Shown here piece by piece: positions 53,101-62,159 of a stretch of 64,000 nt of DNA. Both the position numbers and the translations under genes were made by a program. The notes beneath the pieces are model-generated. The model did no database searches. It worked only from the letters and a program-made list of their open reading frames with translations, and was not told the origin of the DNA. Within the stretch, counting starts at the first letter, position 1, and each line of letters opens with the position of its first letter. Source of the stretch: Pseudomonadota bacterium (GTDB taxonomy: Bacteria > Bdellovibrionota > Bdellovibrionia > Bdellovibrionales > Bdellovibrionaceae); contig JBEGVH010000009.1 of the NCBI GenBank assembly GCA_041178425.1, positions 192,001 through 256,000 of the forward strand, written 5' to 3'.

Positions 53101-53491
53101 TTCCCGGGGCCAATATTAGATGAGCCTCAGGATCAATAGCCTGCAAGCGTTCTTGAGCCAGAGTTAAAAGAGAGATTTTCTTTCCATCTTCGTATTTTAT
53201 AAGCAAATGGGGTATAAGATGCTTAATAACGGCGGTTAATTGACTTTTAACCCGATAAACTTCCGATGCAGGAATTTGCGACGGACCCAGTCTCCGGTAC
53301 TCACGTGCAACAAACAAGTTCGGAAATTCTTTGTGTAGGTCAATTGCTCCACCCAGTTGATTGAGAATCTCATTACGGTCGCCCTTTGCAAAGGAGAGGG
53401 TGGCCGCCCCAACGATGAGCGCCAAAACAAAGAAGGCTATATTTCTGAATCCTCTGAGGACCATGAGCGGGCTCAACATTTTACCTTTCAA
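50174..53491 (-). CDS. Secreted multidomain protein: class II nucleotidyltransferase-like plus PARP-like ADP-ribosyltransferase domains
   Basis: LAPGIVR / SDFDL / STLDMLAFD / LRGLR; LYHG...SILRNGF...GRGLYTS...ADGYA. Confidence 0.7.
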   Translation of the reverse strand: MKGKMLSPLMVLRGFRNIAFFVLALIVGAATLSFAKGDRNEILNQLGGAIDLHKEFPNLFVAREYRRLGPSQIPASEVYRVKSQLTAVIKHLIPHLLIKYEDGKKISLLTLAQERLQAIDPEAHLILAPGIVRTMLGFIYDRLHQEWRNNPDVKTNEVFNKILAQSSFDSSLILGVGSDFDLYVRSDRSYRAIEQVESIFTQTLQNEQKGKPADQWFQRLTTTVGEVHEVQSQLHRAISQGGSTLDMLAFDLTMGEFINPSRAPDTIDSFIRGEYDYLAPEFEESGTDNYLKQALRGLRPMVEIPFLNLKTSDVLLKDLSYPLADVEDYQRAAIQKQLVKIALNARLSAGNNRLFRQPDDPVVQKFLEVSNNMGRPLKIFVPIRPLWQRPKKELPAEYLMTVDQFKKKHTDQNHRLYHGVDDLGAVTSILRNGFYLSSSEQGVAVHGRGLYTSGRISVADGYAKKKNNDYLGYILSLRLAEDISHLRIVDFDKLQNSKFSANEGLSSDEWELMDALVNYYNVDIIINHYPLVQNLEAVRVDANNYELSHILLNYWLHGEIDSRSIRNLVTSLSTTNPESLLALIDRFLVEYSEESMASARRSELNPLLYLKRLNEFLSPSPKKVLSETQRKSKAFIALMEGLLEAHSMERLEALPQWPDLLKVLERWPGESSFAVSLLRAHRQLSDAEIMRSCNENIPLAEKIRINRIRFGVHDSRSAAFFALPENFKKLTNEEKEILKPLLTFEMTIPLLESLNFDEKLALAKKNGYWPEQWKIDSNRELNRFSNSTFFLLGDGFDAFRKLMTTRQYKELLLTFLERANKLANLQLVKRYIAHEDWTANEVSEFFSTKKMDAITLLKVMVVFRPKLSLSSSDLLQGRTLADSDRELFRPEVVEKKNWFSSVFNSVNWGKSARSTVAKKTSEDLNLAQLIALLEQHKWQELSSFIWDHTTREKELPLEKTSFEAISRFDDFLDPNPKKTNRFWGRPAVLDLLQILSLAENSIVNDTIEKRVAISEPLDGRMLSLLKSNNVEQRLIVYRRLYRAFKKGLIPRDPGQFMIDDANYEIRRNYQKIITEMEEQLEKESRASNRPSSKGACSKSLNKRAI

Positions 53492-53886
53492 ACGATGAAT
53501 TGGGCTCGAGTGCTAACAAAACTTTTTCTAACGCAAGAATTATTCCAAAAAATAACCCGCCAAGACGCTCTCCTGAGCGACCCAACTGTCAAAAGAAAAG
53601 ACAGAGATGAGTCAAAAAAGGCAAACACCATCTTTTTTGCGTACTCCCTGCAGGGGAGTTTTTTAGCTCAACTTCTGGACACTTGCCGCAAGATCCACAA
53701 AAACACCTTTTGTTTACGACAGATAGCCTGTCTACTTTTTTTGTGTCCTTTTGAGACTTCGACACCGAATCTAGGTGGCGTTTCATCAATTTTTCCCATA
53801 GCATCCAATTTGTTTGATTTAATGGGCGGCTTTGGTTTTGCTTTTAAACACTATGAGCCATTAATACCTAGAGGAGCGTTGCGCCT

Positions 53887-56136
53887 ATGTTAAAAACAAA
53901 AATCACTGGTGTATCGATCGCTTTAGGGAGCTTGATTCTAGCGGCCTGTTCGCAAGGGCCCTTTGCGCTCGAATCCCTCGAGGGTCTCCAGCGAGGTTTA
54001 GCCAGTGAGGACGCCAATGATTCGAACCTCACGAGGTTAGCGACCGACTGTAATGTGAACCATGATCTCCCTCTACTCACTCACTATGATCTTAAAACGC
54101 AACAATTTAAATTGGATGGTGTTGATCCCGTACCGCAATTGGCAAACCTCAATGCTTTGATCGAATATCAATCCGGTGTGCCCTATACCTTTTTTTGGGC
54201 TAATCAGTTTATTCCTGGCCAAGGCAAAGCCTTAGCCACGAACTTCGACGATCAAACCTTCTCTGACGATGAGGTAAAATCGGTTCTGCGAGATGTTTGC
54301 CGAATCACAGGTACGGCTTTTCATTTACGTCAACCCCGAACGATTATAACCAACCGAAATAGTCTTAAAAAATCGCTCAAACGAATCGCCGATGGGCAAG
54401 TTGTCCATTCCCTGGTCTTCAGGGAAAATTTGTTCACTATTATTCTTCCCCCAAAATGGAATCCACAAGCTGCTTATAAATATCCTTTATTTATTAATGG
54501 CTTTTACGGACTGAACGCCAACCTGATTCGTCAAGAAGGCCCAAGCCTCATGAAACTCGTTGCTCAGTCCTACTCGGTTGATCGACGAGGCGCGATCGGA
54601 ATCCTATGGAATGGCGGCGGTGCCGCAGCTTCTTTCACGACGGCGGATCAAGCTTACATCGACTTGAATGACTTTTTAAAAATAGCCATTCCCGAACTCA
54701 ATATCGCCGCTAACCGAGTAATTACCTTTGGCGGTTCTCGAGGGGCCTACACGGCTTTAAGTATTGCCTCTCATCCAAAGGTGAGTGCCATTAACGTAAA
54801 GTATGTTCATGCGATGAACCCCTTTAACGATGTGAAAACAATTGACGAGCTCAAGGGCTCAACCATTTTTCAACTGATGAGTATTGGTGATCAACAGTCG
54901 GGATACTATGGTACTTGGGAAAAAGGCTTTAGAATGCCCGATGGAACGCCTCCGCCGACCACAGATGAAAGCGTTAATCTGGATCGTGCCGACAAATTAC
55001 AGAAATTAAAGGCCAACAATACAGCGCTTAAGTTTTTTGTTGGTACACATGATTTTATTGTTCCCACGATGGTCAAAATGCAGTTGTTCGAAACTTATTT
55101 GGCGAACGGACTGAATGCAGAGATGTCTCTCTTTTATCTGAATGGCCATACACCCGATAGACACCTTCGCGATCAGGAACTCCTGTCGGTGCTATTAAAA
55201 ACAAAAAATCTCAAGAACTCTATCAGCCTTGTGACCAAAGGAAAGGTGAACTCGTTCTTGCTTGACGAAAACGGCGCCAACCAAAATCTCAATCTTACGC
55301 AAACAAACGAGACTCCCCTCATCATAGAAATACCTCGTTATTTAAACGACAACATCAAGGGCCATCTCTTTGCCAGGGGAAAACCAGGCTCCAGCTATGT
55401 TTTAACTTTTGTGAATTCAGTGAATGAGCGCTTCGAACTACCTTTTACATTAGATCAAAAAGGCTATGTCATTCGGCCTCTCGAGACACTCTTTTTGCCT
55501 TATGGCGAATTGGAGTTAGAGAGCATTAAGCCTATGGGCGCGTCCAACAGCCTGAAGGGGTTCAAAACTACACTCCCGCTTCATACGCCCCTAAAAATGT
55601 TTCACTCGTCTGAACGCACTCGAAGTCTCCAGCAAACACCCTGGGATTTGAGCATTCAATCACTTAGGGGAAACAATGAAGCACTTGCTCTAAAGTTGAA
55701 TGGTGTGGCCGTTGGCTCAAACAATGGGTTGGTTGTCTTTCCGGATGGTACCTATGTACCGCCACAACTTTCGATCGATCAAAGTTGCGCGTCTGAAACT
55801 CATTGCGTCGTGCAAACCAAGGCAAAAATAAGCACTCAGCACATTGGTAAAAGCGGATCGCTCTACGCCTATGTGATTGGCACCGCGGGCCGCAAGAATT
55901 ATTACGATGGCAAAGGGAATTGGATAAATGAAGCCAATTTAGTCGACGGTAAGCCGATTGCTTTCTACACCGGTCCACTAAAAACCGTTCATATTGATAG
56001 CGTGGCGGAGGGTGATCTCAGGGGCTCCGTCGGGCTCTCTATTTTCTTTGGCTATGGTCTTGGAACAAATGCTTACACCGAAATGATCGACTCTGGCCGA
56101 TTCCTCCAGAGCGTTCGATCAAATAACAATCAATAA
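53887..56136 (+). CDS. Lipoprotein with alpha/beta-hydrolase domain
   Basis: Lipobox LAAC; GGSRG nucleophile elbow, GTHD, GH; RBS GAGGAG. Confidence 0.75.
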   Translation: MLKTKITGVSIALGSLILAACSQGPFALESLEGLQRGLASEDANDSNLTRLATDCNVNHDLPLLTHYDLKTQQFKLDGVDPVPQLANLNALIEYQSGVPYTFFWANQFIPGQGKALATNFDDQTFSDDEVKSVLRDVCRITGTAFHLRQPRTIITNRNSLKKSLKRIADGQVVHSLVFRENLFTIILPPKWNPQAAYKYPLFINGFYGLNANLIRQEGPSLMKLVAQSYSVDRRGAIGILWNGGGAAASFTTADQAYIDLNDFLKIAIPELNIAANRVITFGGSRGAYTALSIASHPKVSAINVKYVHAMNPFNDVKTIDELKGSTIFQLMSIGDQQSGYYGTWEKGFRMPDGTPPPTTDESVNLDRADKLQKLKANNTALKFFVGTHDFIVPTMVKMQLFETYLANGLNAEMSLFYLNGHTPDRHLRDQELLSVLLKTKNLKNSISLVTKGKVNSFLLDENGANQNLNLTQTNETPLIIEIPRYLNDNIKGHLFARGKPGSSYVLTFVNSVNERFELPFTLDQKGYVIRPLETLFLPYGELELESIKPMGASNSLKGFKTTLPLHTPLKMFHSSERTRSLQQTPWDLSIQSLRGNNEALALKLNGVAVGSNNGLVVFPDGTYVPPQLSIDQSCASETHCVVQTKAKISTQHIGKSGSLYAYVIGTAGRKNYYDGKGNWINEANLVDGKPIAFYTGPLKTVHIDSVAEGDLRGSVGLSIFFGYGLGTNAYTEMIDSGRFLQSVRSNNNQ

Positions 56137-56139
56137 ATG

Positions 56140-57027
56140 CTAGGTGTGATCTTTTAAAACAAAAATAGGTTGCTTACTGCCTCGAATAATTTGGCGAGTA
56201 ACACTACCACCCATCAAGGCCTTAACCGCACTACTTTTTGCAGCAACCACCAACAGATCGGCTTTAATTTTGTTGGCTGCTTTTAGGCAGAGTTTACTCG
56301 TCGATAGAAACTCTGACTTAACGACAACAGAGCAGGAAACACTATACCGTCGGGCCTGCTCTTCAATGGACGCTTTTATTTTTTCTATTTTTCGTCGCTC
56401 CTTCAAAATCTCTGGGCTAGATTCATCGAGAGACCAACGATACGTAACTGGGGCTGCATGAAACACTGTCACTTGTGCTTTATGCTCTTTTGCTAACTTG
56501 AGCACAGATGAGAGGTGCTTTTGTGTTTGTGGCCCCAAATCGCAGGCAAAGAAAATCTGCTTTAACCTTTTCGGTAGTGGATTTTTTGGGTGAACAATCA
56601 ATAGATTGATCTTGCTACGGTGGATGGCAGTTTCAGCAAAGCTACCTAATAAAAACCGACTTAACCCTTTTTTGTTATGACTGTAGAAGACGAGAAGTTC
56701 ACTCTTCTTTTCTTTCGCCAGACTCAAAAGCGAATCCACCGCTTTAGTCAATGATGGGTTCGACGCTTCGACGACATGTACCTGCTCTTCTTGAACCTTA
56801 ATTTTTGCCGACAGTAGGGACTGTTTCATTAAGTGTCGTGGGTCCACAGATGGGCGCTCTTCTGGGGGAACTTCAAAGGCGAGGTGAAGTTCGGATTCGT
56901 ATCGGGTAACGGCATATCCAATGTCTATAGCCTTTTTTTCTTTTGCAAAAAGATGGAGAAACGCAAATAGCTCCCTCAGTTTTTTCTTTTTCTGGTAAAA
57001 AGGTTCTAAAGCCCAAAGTATTTTCAT
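56140..57027 (-). CDS. Tandem-domain universal stress protein
   Basis: LLGSFAETAI and MGGSVTRQII in two USP halves. Confidence 0.88.
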   Translation of the reverse strand: MKILWALEPFYQKKKKLRELFAFLHLFAKEKKAIDIGYAVTRYESELHLAFEVPPEERPSVDPRHLMKQSLLSAKIKVQEEQVHVVEASNPSLTKAVDSLLSLAKEKKSELLVFYSHNKKGLSRFLLGSFAETAIHRSKINLLIVHPKNPLPKRLKQIFFACDLGPQTQKHLSSVLKLAKEHKAQVTVFHAAPVTYRWSLDESSPEILKERRKIEKIKASIEEQARRYSVSCSVVVKSEFLSTSKLCLKAANKIKADLLVVAAKSSAVKALMGGSVTRQIIRGSKQPIFVLKDHT

Positions 57028-57317
57028 ACTCACCCCCACTAGACCCGAATAAACACATCTCGTTTTGTATCTGATCGATATAAATCAAAATGGGCAATTT
57101 AAGGTTTATTCATGAGCGAGCCCGTCTCGAGGCTCAGGAGTTTTTGTTGAGCCGGTGGCAGCGACATTTTTCGCCTTCACGCATGTAAAAAAACTAGGCC
57201 CTGGTTAGCTGACGGGTGCACACGATCGCCCTCGAATGGGCACATCAATTGCCAAAGAATCAGTGGACTCCCACTCATGATAATCGGAGTCGGCAGGACA
57301 TATTTTGGAGGTCTTGA

Positions 57318-58247
57318 ATGAATCAAAGAGTTGAAAAGAAAATTGTTAACAGAGCACCAAAAAGAACATTATTGGCAATCGCGATCTTCTTCCTTTCTTT
57401 AACCTCATTCCTATCTCCTGTTGCAATAGCCAAGGCTGTTAAACACGATCGCGCTGCTGCTAAAGGCTGCATCAGCAAACTTAGTTATGACGAAGCGCTG
57501 AGTGCGCTCGAGCGATTTAACCTCACCACTGTTAATGGTTCACGCGAAGAAATCACTGCCCTCGGTACGGGTTTAGTGTGGATTGAGGAACTCAACGATG
57601 GAAAGCCTTTAGATATGGCGATTTATCGAGGTCCCAATAAATATCCGTTCATTTTTAAAAATAAAGGTACTCACAGCCAACAAACTCCTGCAGGCATTAT
57701 TATCTCTCGTCGTGGAGCCATGAAGTTTGGTTCGAATGTAGCGCAACTTATACACGAGTTGGGCCACTTGGTTGGCAACCAGGGTGGATATGCCGACTAT
57801 TACCACCATGTGGGAAAAGCTCCATGCGTTGTTTCTGGATACAGCGACGATCGTTTCAATGAACAGTTCGCCGAAGTCTTCGCCGCTTTCGTAACTCGCC
57901 CTAATCTGATTAAACGAAATCCCTCGGCCGCTTGTAAAAAAGCTTGGAATTACTTTTCTAATGTTTTGTTTAGCACTGGTGATAATGCCATGGCCTGCAT
58001 AAGAGGAAAAACAAAAGAACTTTTGGCTCGTCGGGCTGAGCTAGACGCGCAGAAAGCAGACGCCAAAGACGAGAACAACAGCGAGCAAGATCAGTCTCCT
58101 ACCCAAGAGGCTCAAATAGCGCCCATTGATGAATTCGATAAAAAACGACGAGAAGAAGAATATGAACGCTCCATTGAAGAAGCCATCAACCTAATGTTGA
58201 GAGATACGACTGAGTTTCAGCCCTTAGTTATTTCAGACGACGAGTGA
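57318..58247 (+). CDS. Secreted zinc metallopeptidase-like protein
   Basis: IHELGH...SGYS...NEQFAEVF gluzincin pattern; acidic tail; RBS GGAGG. Confidence 0.75.
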   Translation: MNQRVEKKIVNRAPKRTLLAIAIFFLSLTSFLSPVAIAKAVKHDRAAAKGCISKLSYDEALSALERFNLTTVNGSREEITALGTGLVWIEELNDGKPLDMAIYRGPNKYPFIFKNKGTHSQQTPAGIIISRRGAMKFGSNVAQLIHELGHLVGNQGGYADYYHHVGKAPCVVSGYSDDRFNEQFAEVFAAFVTRPNLIKRNPSAACKKAWNYFSNVLFSTGDNAMACIRGKTKELLARRAELDAQKADAKDENNSEQDQSPTQEAQIAPIDEFDKKRREEEYERSIEEAINLMLRDTTEFQPLVISDDE

Positions 58248-58269
58248 GTTTTTATCTCTCATTCATAAC

Positions 58270-60378
58270 TTATCGATAACAAATAACTTCGACCGAACGA
58301 CTTCCAAAAGAACCTCCGTTCGGCGAAATCTCGGTGACGTAACCCGATCCATTAGTGTAATCGGCTTGTCGCCGGCAAAAACGTCGACCACAGGTATTCG
58401 TAAAACGTAATGATTGATGAACATTAATATTAGGATAACTTGCTTCTTTAGTTGGGTTCGCACCGTCGATACAGGCAATAGAGACTTCGTCGATGGTGGT
58501 TTGAATTCTCCTGACCACTGAGCCCGCTTCAAGCTGATTAAACACTTCTTCATTGTAGCAATTAATAAACGTTTTACCATTGCCTCGTTCGACCATTCGA
58601 CCAGAGGTGTAGCCCTTCCCTAAGCCTCGACAGTATCGACTCGAGCACGTAAAAATCCAACGAACTTGCTTTAAGTCGCGTTCGACTCCGTTACTGGATT
58701 CTGGCAGACTTTGTCCAACAGGTACTACCGAATCGGCACACAAAGTATCAAGTCGACCATCTTCTACTTCTTCCGCCACTATTGCTGGAGGCAGAGAGAG
58801 AAGTTTTTGCCGACAGCTATCGGTGATGTCTGGTGGCGGTGAAGTTTTTCGGCACTCAAGCACTAAACCAATGTTACGTTCGACAACTCGACCTTCGATA
58901 TACCCTTTTAAGGGGTTCAACATTTTGCAGTACCGATTTCCACACGTATTAAAGAATCGAATCAGTTTGGGATCATCAGTCGGCATATTATCAGCCAACG
59001 TTGGCGTCACTGGGTCGATACAGGCTAGAGCCAAAGCATCATCGCTATTGAGAGATTCGGTTGAAAAATAGGAGCGACTTGCTTTCAAAACCTCCTCTTG
59101 AGTACAGGCCGAGATACATTTTTTTGCAGCAGCATCATAACGATAACCACTACCACACTGACTACAACTCAAAACTCCAGAAGAACTTAAAATGAGCTCT
59201 TGGCCACTGGGGCAGGAACAACCATAGGCCGTATACGTTTGACCTGCAATAGGACAAGAGCATCCCGAAGTGTTGGTTGAGCAACTGCCCGTCACCCATC
59301 GCAAAGGATTCACCTCGCAAGTAATTGAACACGTGGTGGTCGTCGTACCCGAGACCCCAGAGCCTTGGCACTGAGCAATGCTGCTCGTCGGCGGTTTGAG
59401 TTGTGGATCACAAGTCGTTACCTTACACCCCCCCGCACCGTCATCGACGGTCCCTGTCGCGCACTCGCAAAGACCCGAGGTAGAATTAAGAACCTTGCCG
59501 CTAGGGCATGCACATCCTGAGTAGTTCCACGAGGTGCAATTAAATCGTTCCCAATTATAAGTGTTGTTATTGCAGTTGACTCCACAAGTCCGGGTGGCTG
59601 TTCCTGCGCCATAGGAGCAAGCCTTTGATTCGGAGCTTGATGGTTTTTTGGCGGGGTCACAACTGTTGGCCACACACGTTTTTGTTGTTGAATCATGATG
59701 TTGCCAGTCGGGACAAGTACCACAGCTCGAACCAATAGGAAATTTGTTTGGCGGACACTGACATTGCCCACTAGAATCCATCGATTGCCCTGCCAGAGCG
59801 CAAGTACACTGCGAATAATTCCAAGGCGACCAAGTGCCGTATTCCCACTGGGTATTTAACGTATTGCAAATCTCGGTTCTCGCACGAGTCGCAAAATGAA
59901 TTCCATCCGCGCAAATCTTCCGCTCGGTTGTACTCTGCCGCTGCGTTAGATCACACTTAGGACTTTCGCAGCGACCGTTGATGAGTGTTTTTCCAGCAGG
60001 ACACTGACAGATACCCGTCAGTGGATCAGGAATAAGAAGATTATTTGCACAGCCACAATCTGAAATTGGAGAGGACTGCCACTCCCCTGGTGTCCATTGT
60101 CCATTTACGCAATAATACTCTCGCGTTCGTTTAACTGAATTTTTTAGAGGTCGGTTTCCACCATCAACAGGACACAAGATTAATTCTGAATCAAAGGGTT
60201 TTTTGCCGCTGCAAACCAAGCTACTAGGGCTACTCGAGCCCCCCCCGGGCGACAAAGATTGCAGGTTTGTTCGATCCACTGCGAACTGCACTTCGGAGCA
60301 ATTTTGAAAGAGATTAAAGACAACCACTAATACAATGATTGGAAAAAGCACTGCGATCTTCAATGAATACTCCCCCAT
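58270..60378 (-). CDS. Cys-rich surface lipoprotein with EGF-like stalk and three C-terminal repeats
   Basis: FQNC lipobox-like motif; about 55 Cys by manual count; CxC-P modules; RBS GAGGAG. Confidence 0.8.
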   Translation of the reverse strand: MGEYSLKIAVLFPIIVLVVVFNLFQNCSEVQFAVDRTNLQSLSPGGGSSSPSSLVCSGKKPFDSELILCPVDGGNRPLKNSVKRTREYYCVNGQWTPGEWQSSPISDCGCANNLLIPDPLTGICQCPAGKTLINGRCESPKCDLTQRQSTTERKICADGIHFATRARTEICNTLNTQWEYGTWSPWNYSQCTCALAGQSMDSSGQCQCPPNKFPIGSSCGTCPDWQHHDSTTKTCVANSCDPAKKPSSSESKACSYGAGTATRTCGVNCNNNTYNWERFNCTSWNYSGCACPSGKVLNSTSGLCECATGTVDDGAGGCKVTTCDPQLKPPTSSIAQCQGSGVSGTTTTTCSITCEVNPLRWVTGSCSTNTSGCSCPIAGQTYTAYGCSCPSGQELILSSSGVLSCSQCGSGYRYDAAAKKCISACTQEEVLKASRSYFSTESLNSDDALALACIDPVTPTLADNMPTDDPKLIRFFNTCGNRYCKMLNPLKGYIEGRVVERNIGLVLECRKTSPPPDITDSCRQKLLSLPPAIVAEEVEDGRLDTLCADSVVPVGQSLPESSNGVERDLKQVRWIFTCSSRYCRGLGKGYTSGRMVERGNGKTFINCYNEEVFNQLEAGSVVRRIQTTIDEVSIACIDGANPTKEASYPNINVHQSLRFTNTCGRRFCRRQADYTNGSGYVTEISPNGGSFGSRSVEVICYR

Positions 60379-60549
60379 TGAACTCCTCTTATTCTAGTGA
60401 TTATTTCTAGCAATTCCCAATAGAATTTTAGGCGATATTCTTGCTTTGTCTCAAATTAGGATTTTTATAGCCAAGAAAACGATTTTGCCCCACCAAGGTC
60501 TCTTTTTGAGTATTCTAGAATGAGACACGGAAAACCAGAAGGGGTCGTC

Positions 60550-61509
60550 ATGCCTAGTCCGGATTATCGTTTTTCTATCATCCGCTTCGTTCTAATAACG
60601 ACATCCCTATCGATCCTAGCCTGCCAGAAGTTTGTTCCGTTCGCTCAAGAAGCGAGCTCGAACTGGAATAGCCATTCAACATCTAACTCAAACGCAATTG
60701 ATGACAGCAATACCAATACTAATTCTTCCTCCTTTGGCAGCGGCGGTGCAATAGAACCCGGGGCGCTGGGGCGTACCCCCAAAGGCGCAATCATCTACAT
60801 ACCGCAGGGCTATCGAAGTAGCAAATCAGCAAGTTCAGTCCTTGTTTTGTGGAATAGTAGCTACCAACATTGGAAGGCCTGGGCGGATCAAACAAATTTT
60901 ATTCTTATCGATACCAATCCCCTCGACACAAAAGCAACCACAATCTGTAACGGTGGCCAGACTATGCGAAGCAGTTATGTTGACCAAAAATATATTTTGA
61001 CCCTGCTGGCCGAGGCCCGTGAGTTAGTATTGAAAGGCTATAATGTGGATCGTTCAAAAATATTTTATGCAGGTTGGTCTCATGGGGGAGACCTCGCCAT
61101 GAAGTTTGCGTCGCTTCCTCAAGCCGATAGTCTAGCCCCCGATGATCGCAACGACGTCTTCTGCTCCCCTCACCCTGATGAGCTTTTGGAGCTTCAGAAG
61201 GCCGCTCATGTTGGCCAGCAAGAGGTAGCGGGCGTTTTGGCCTTTCCTGGCCAATGGGGATTTAATCAAATCAATATGCTTAAGCAAACATACCAACTTA
61301 AGTTGCGTCAGTCGTGTTTTGCCTTTGTGGCCGGCGGCAACGACAGCGGCTACTCGCGCTCGCATCAAATCCTTGCCAACGAACTACAAAAGATTCCTGG
61401 TTATTCAAATCGTGTTTACCAAAAGGTTTGGCCAGGCTATGGACACAACCTCAACAGCAACACCGCTGCCTTGAACGAGGCGATGAATTGGTTATTACAA
61501 TGTCAATAA
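60550..61509 (+). CDS. Lipoprotein alpha/beta hydrolase (esterase-like)
   Basis: ILAC lipobox; NVDRSKIFYAGWSHGG; GGND; GYGH; alternative start at 60520. Confidence 0.78.
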   Translation: MPSPDYRFSIIRFVLITTSLSILACQKFVPFAQEASSNWNSHSTSNSNAIDDSNTNTNSSSFGSGGAIEPGALGRTPKGAIIYIPQGYRSSKSASSVLVLWNSSYQHWKAWADQTNFILIDTNPLDTKATTICNGGQTMRSSYVDQKYILTLLAEARELVLKGYNVDRSKIFYAGWSHGGDLAMKFASLPQADSLAPDDRNDVFCSPHPDELLELQKAAHVGQQEVAGVLAFPGQWGFNQINMLKQTYQLKLRQSCFAFVAGGNDSGYSRSHQILANELQKIPGYSNRVYQKVWPGYGHNLNSNTAALNEAMNWLLQCQ

Positions 61510-61595
61510 TTGTGGATCAGAACTCATAAAAATTATAAAAAAAGATTCCAAGTCCTCCACTCATCGGGCTATAAAGGAGTCCTAGGAGAAATACA

Positions 61596-62120
61596 ATGGA
61601 CGCGCATTATTCTAAAGTGATGAAAGCTCGAGAAGACGTAACTGAAACCGGGACCAAACTTTATTTTGCTTATTCAGGGGTTCTTGATCGTGAGGCCTTC
61701 GAACAGTGGCGTATGGAACACTCCTACCACTTTTTTAATCTCCCTGAGGGAAAAGTCGTTGCTGCTGAAAATCTTGATTTGATTTTTGATTTTCCCTCAC
61801 GTTGGTGGGGTGGCCGTGTGGCTGGTCTTTGCGATAAAACAGGCAGTTCGGTCTACGGATTACTTTTTGAAATTCCAGCGAAGGAATGGCCGGTGGTGCA
61901 ACACAAAGAAGGTGTCGTAACAGGAATGTCTATCGAACGCAAAGTGACGGTGCACGTCGACGGCCAAGCTATTGAGGCGACAGCCTTTACAACGAACCCT
62001 CAAAGAGCAAGTCTCGTTGGTCCGATTAGCGAGAACTACCTTGAAGCTCTTGAGCGTGGCGCTCGAAGTGCGGGGCTACCTGAGGCTTATGTTGTAGGTT
62101 TGGCTGAGCGAGCGAAGTAA
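61596..62120 (+). CDS. Gamma-glutamylcyclotransferase family protein
   Basis: YFAYSGVL, WGGRVA, VYGLLF, HKEG. Confidence 0.8.
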   Translation: MDAHYSKVMKAREDVTETGTKLYFAYSGVLDREAFEQWRMEHSYHFFNLPEGKVVAAENLDLIFDFPSRWWGGRVAGLCDKTGSSVYGLLFEIPAKEWPVVQHKEGVVTGMSIERKVTVHVDGQAIEATAFTTNPQRASLVGPISENYLEALERGARSAGLPEAYVVGLAERAK

Positions 62121-62159
62121 ATAAAACAGGTGTTCAAACTACATTTGTGATTACTACCT

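Noticed and set aside
53600..53670. Possible c-di-GMP-I riboswitch (minus strand: stem followed by ACGCAAA) upstream of the NTase-ART gene
   Set aside because: No GNRA tetraloop in the stem and no convincing P1 or receptor stem
53357..53893. 178-aa plus-strand ORF
   Set aside because: Overlaps the NTase-ART start antisense and spans a divergent promoter region; no RBS or protein-like features
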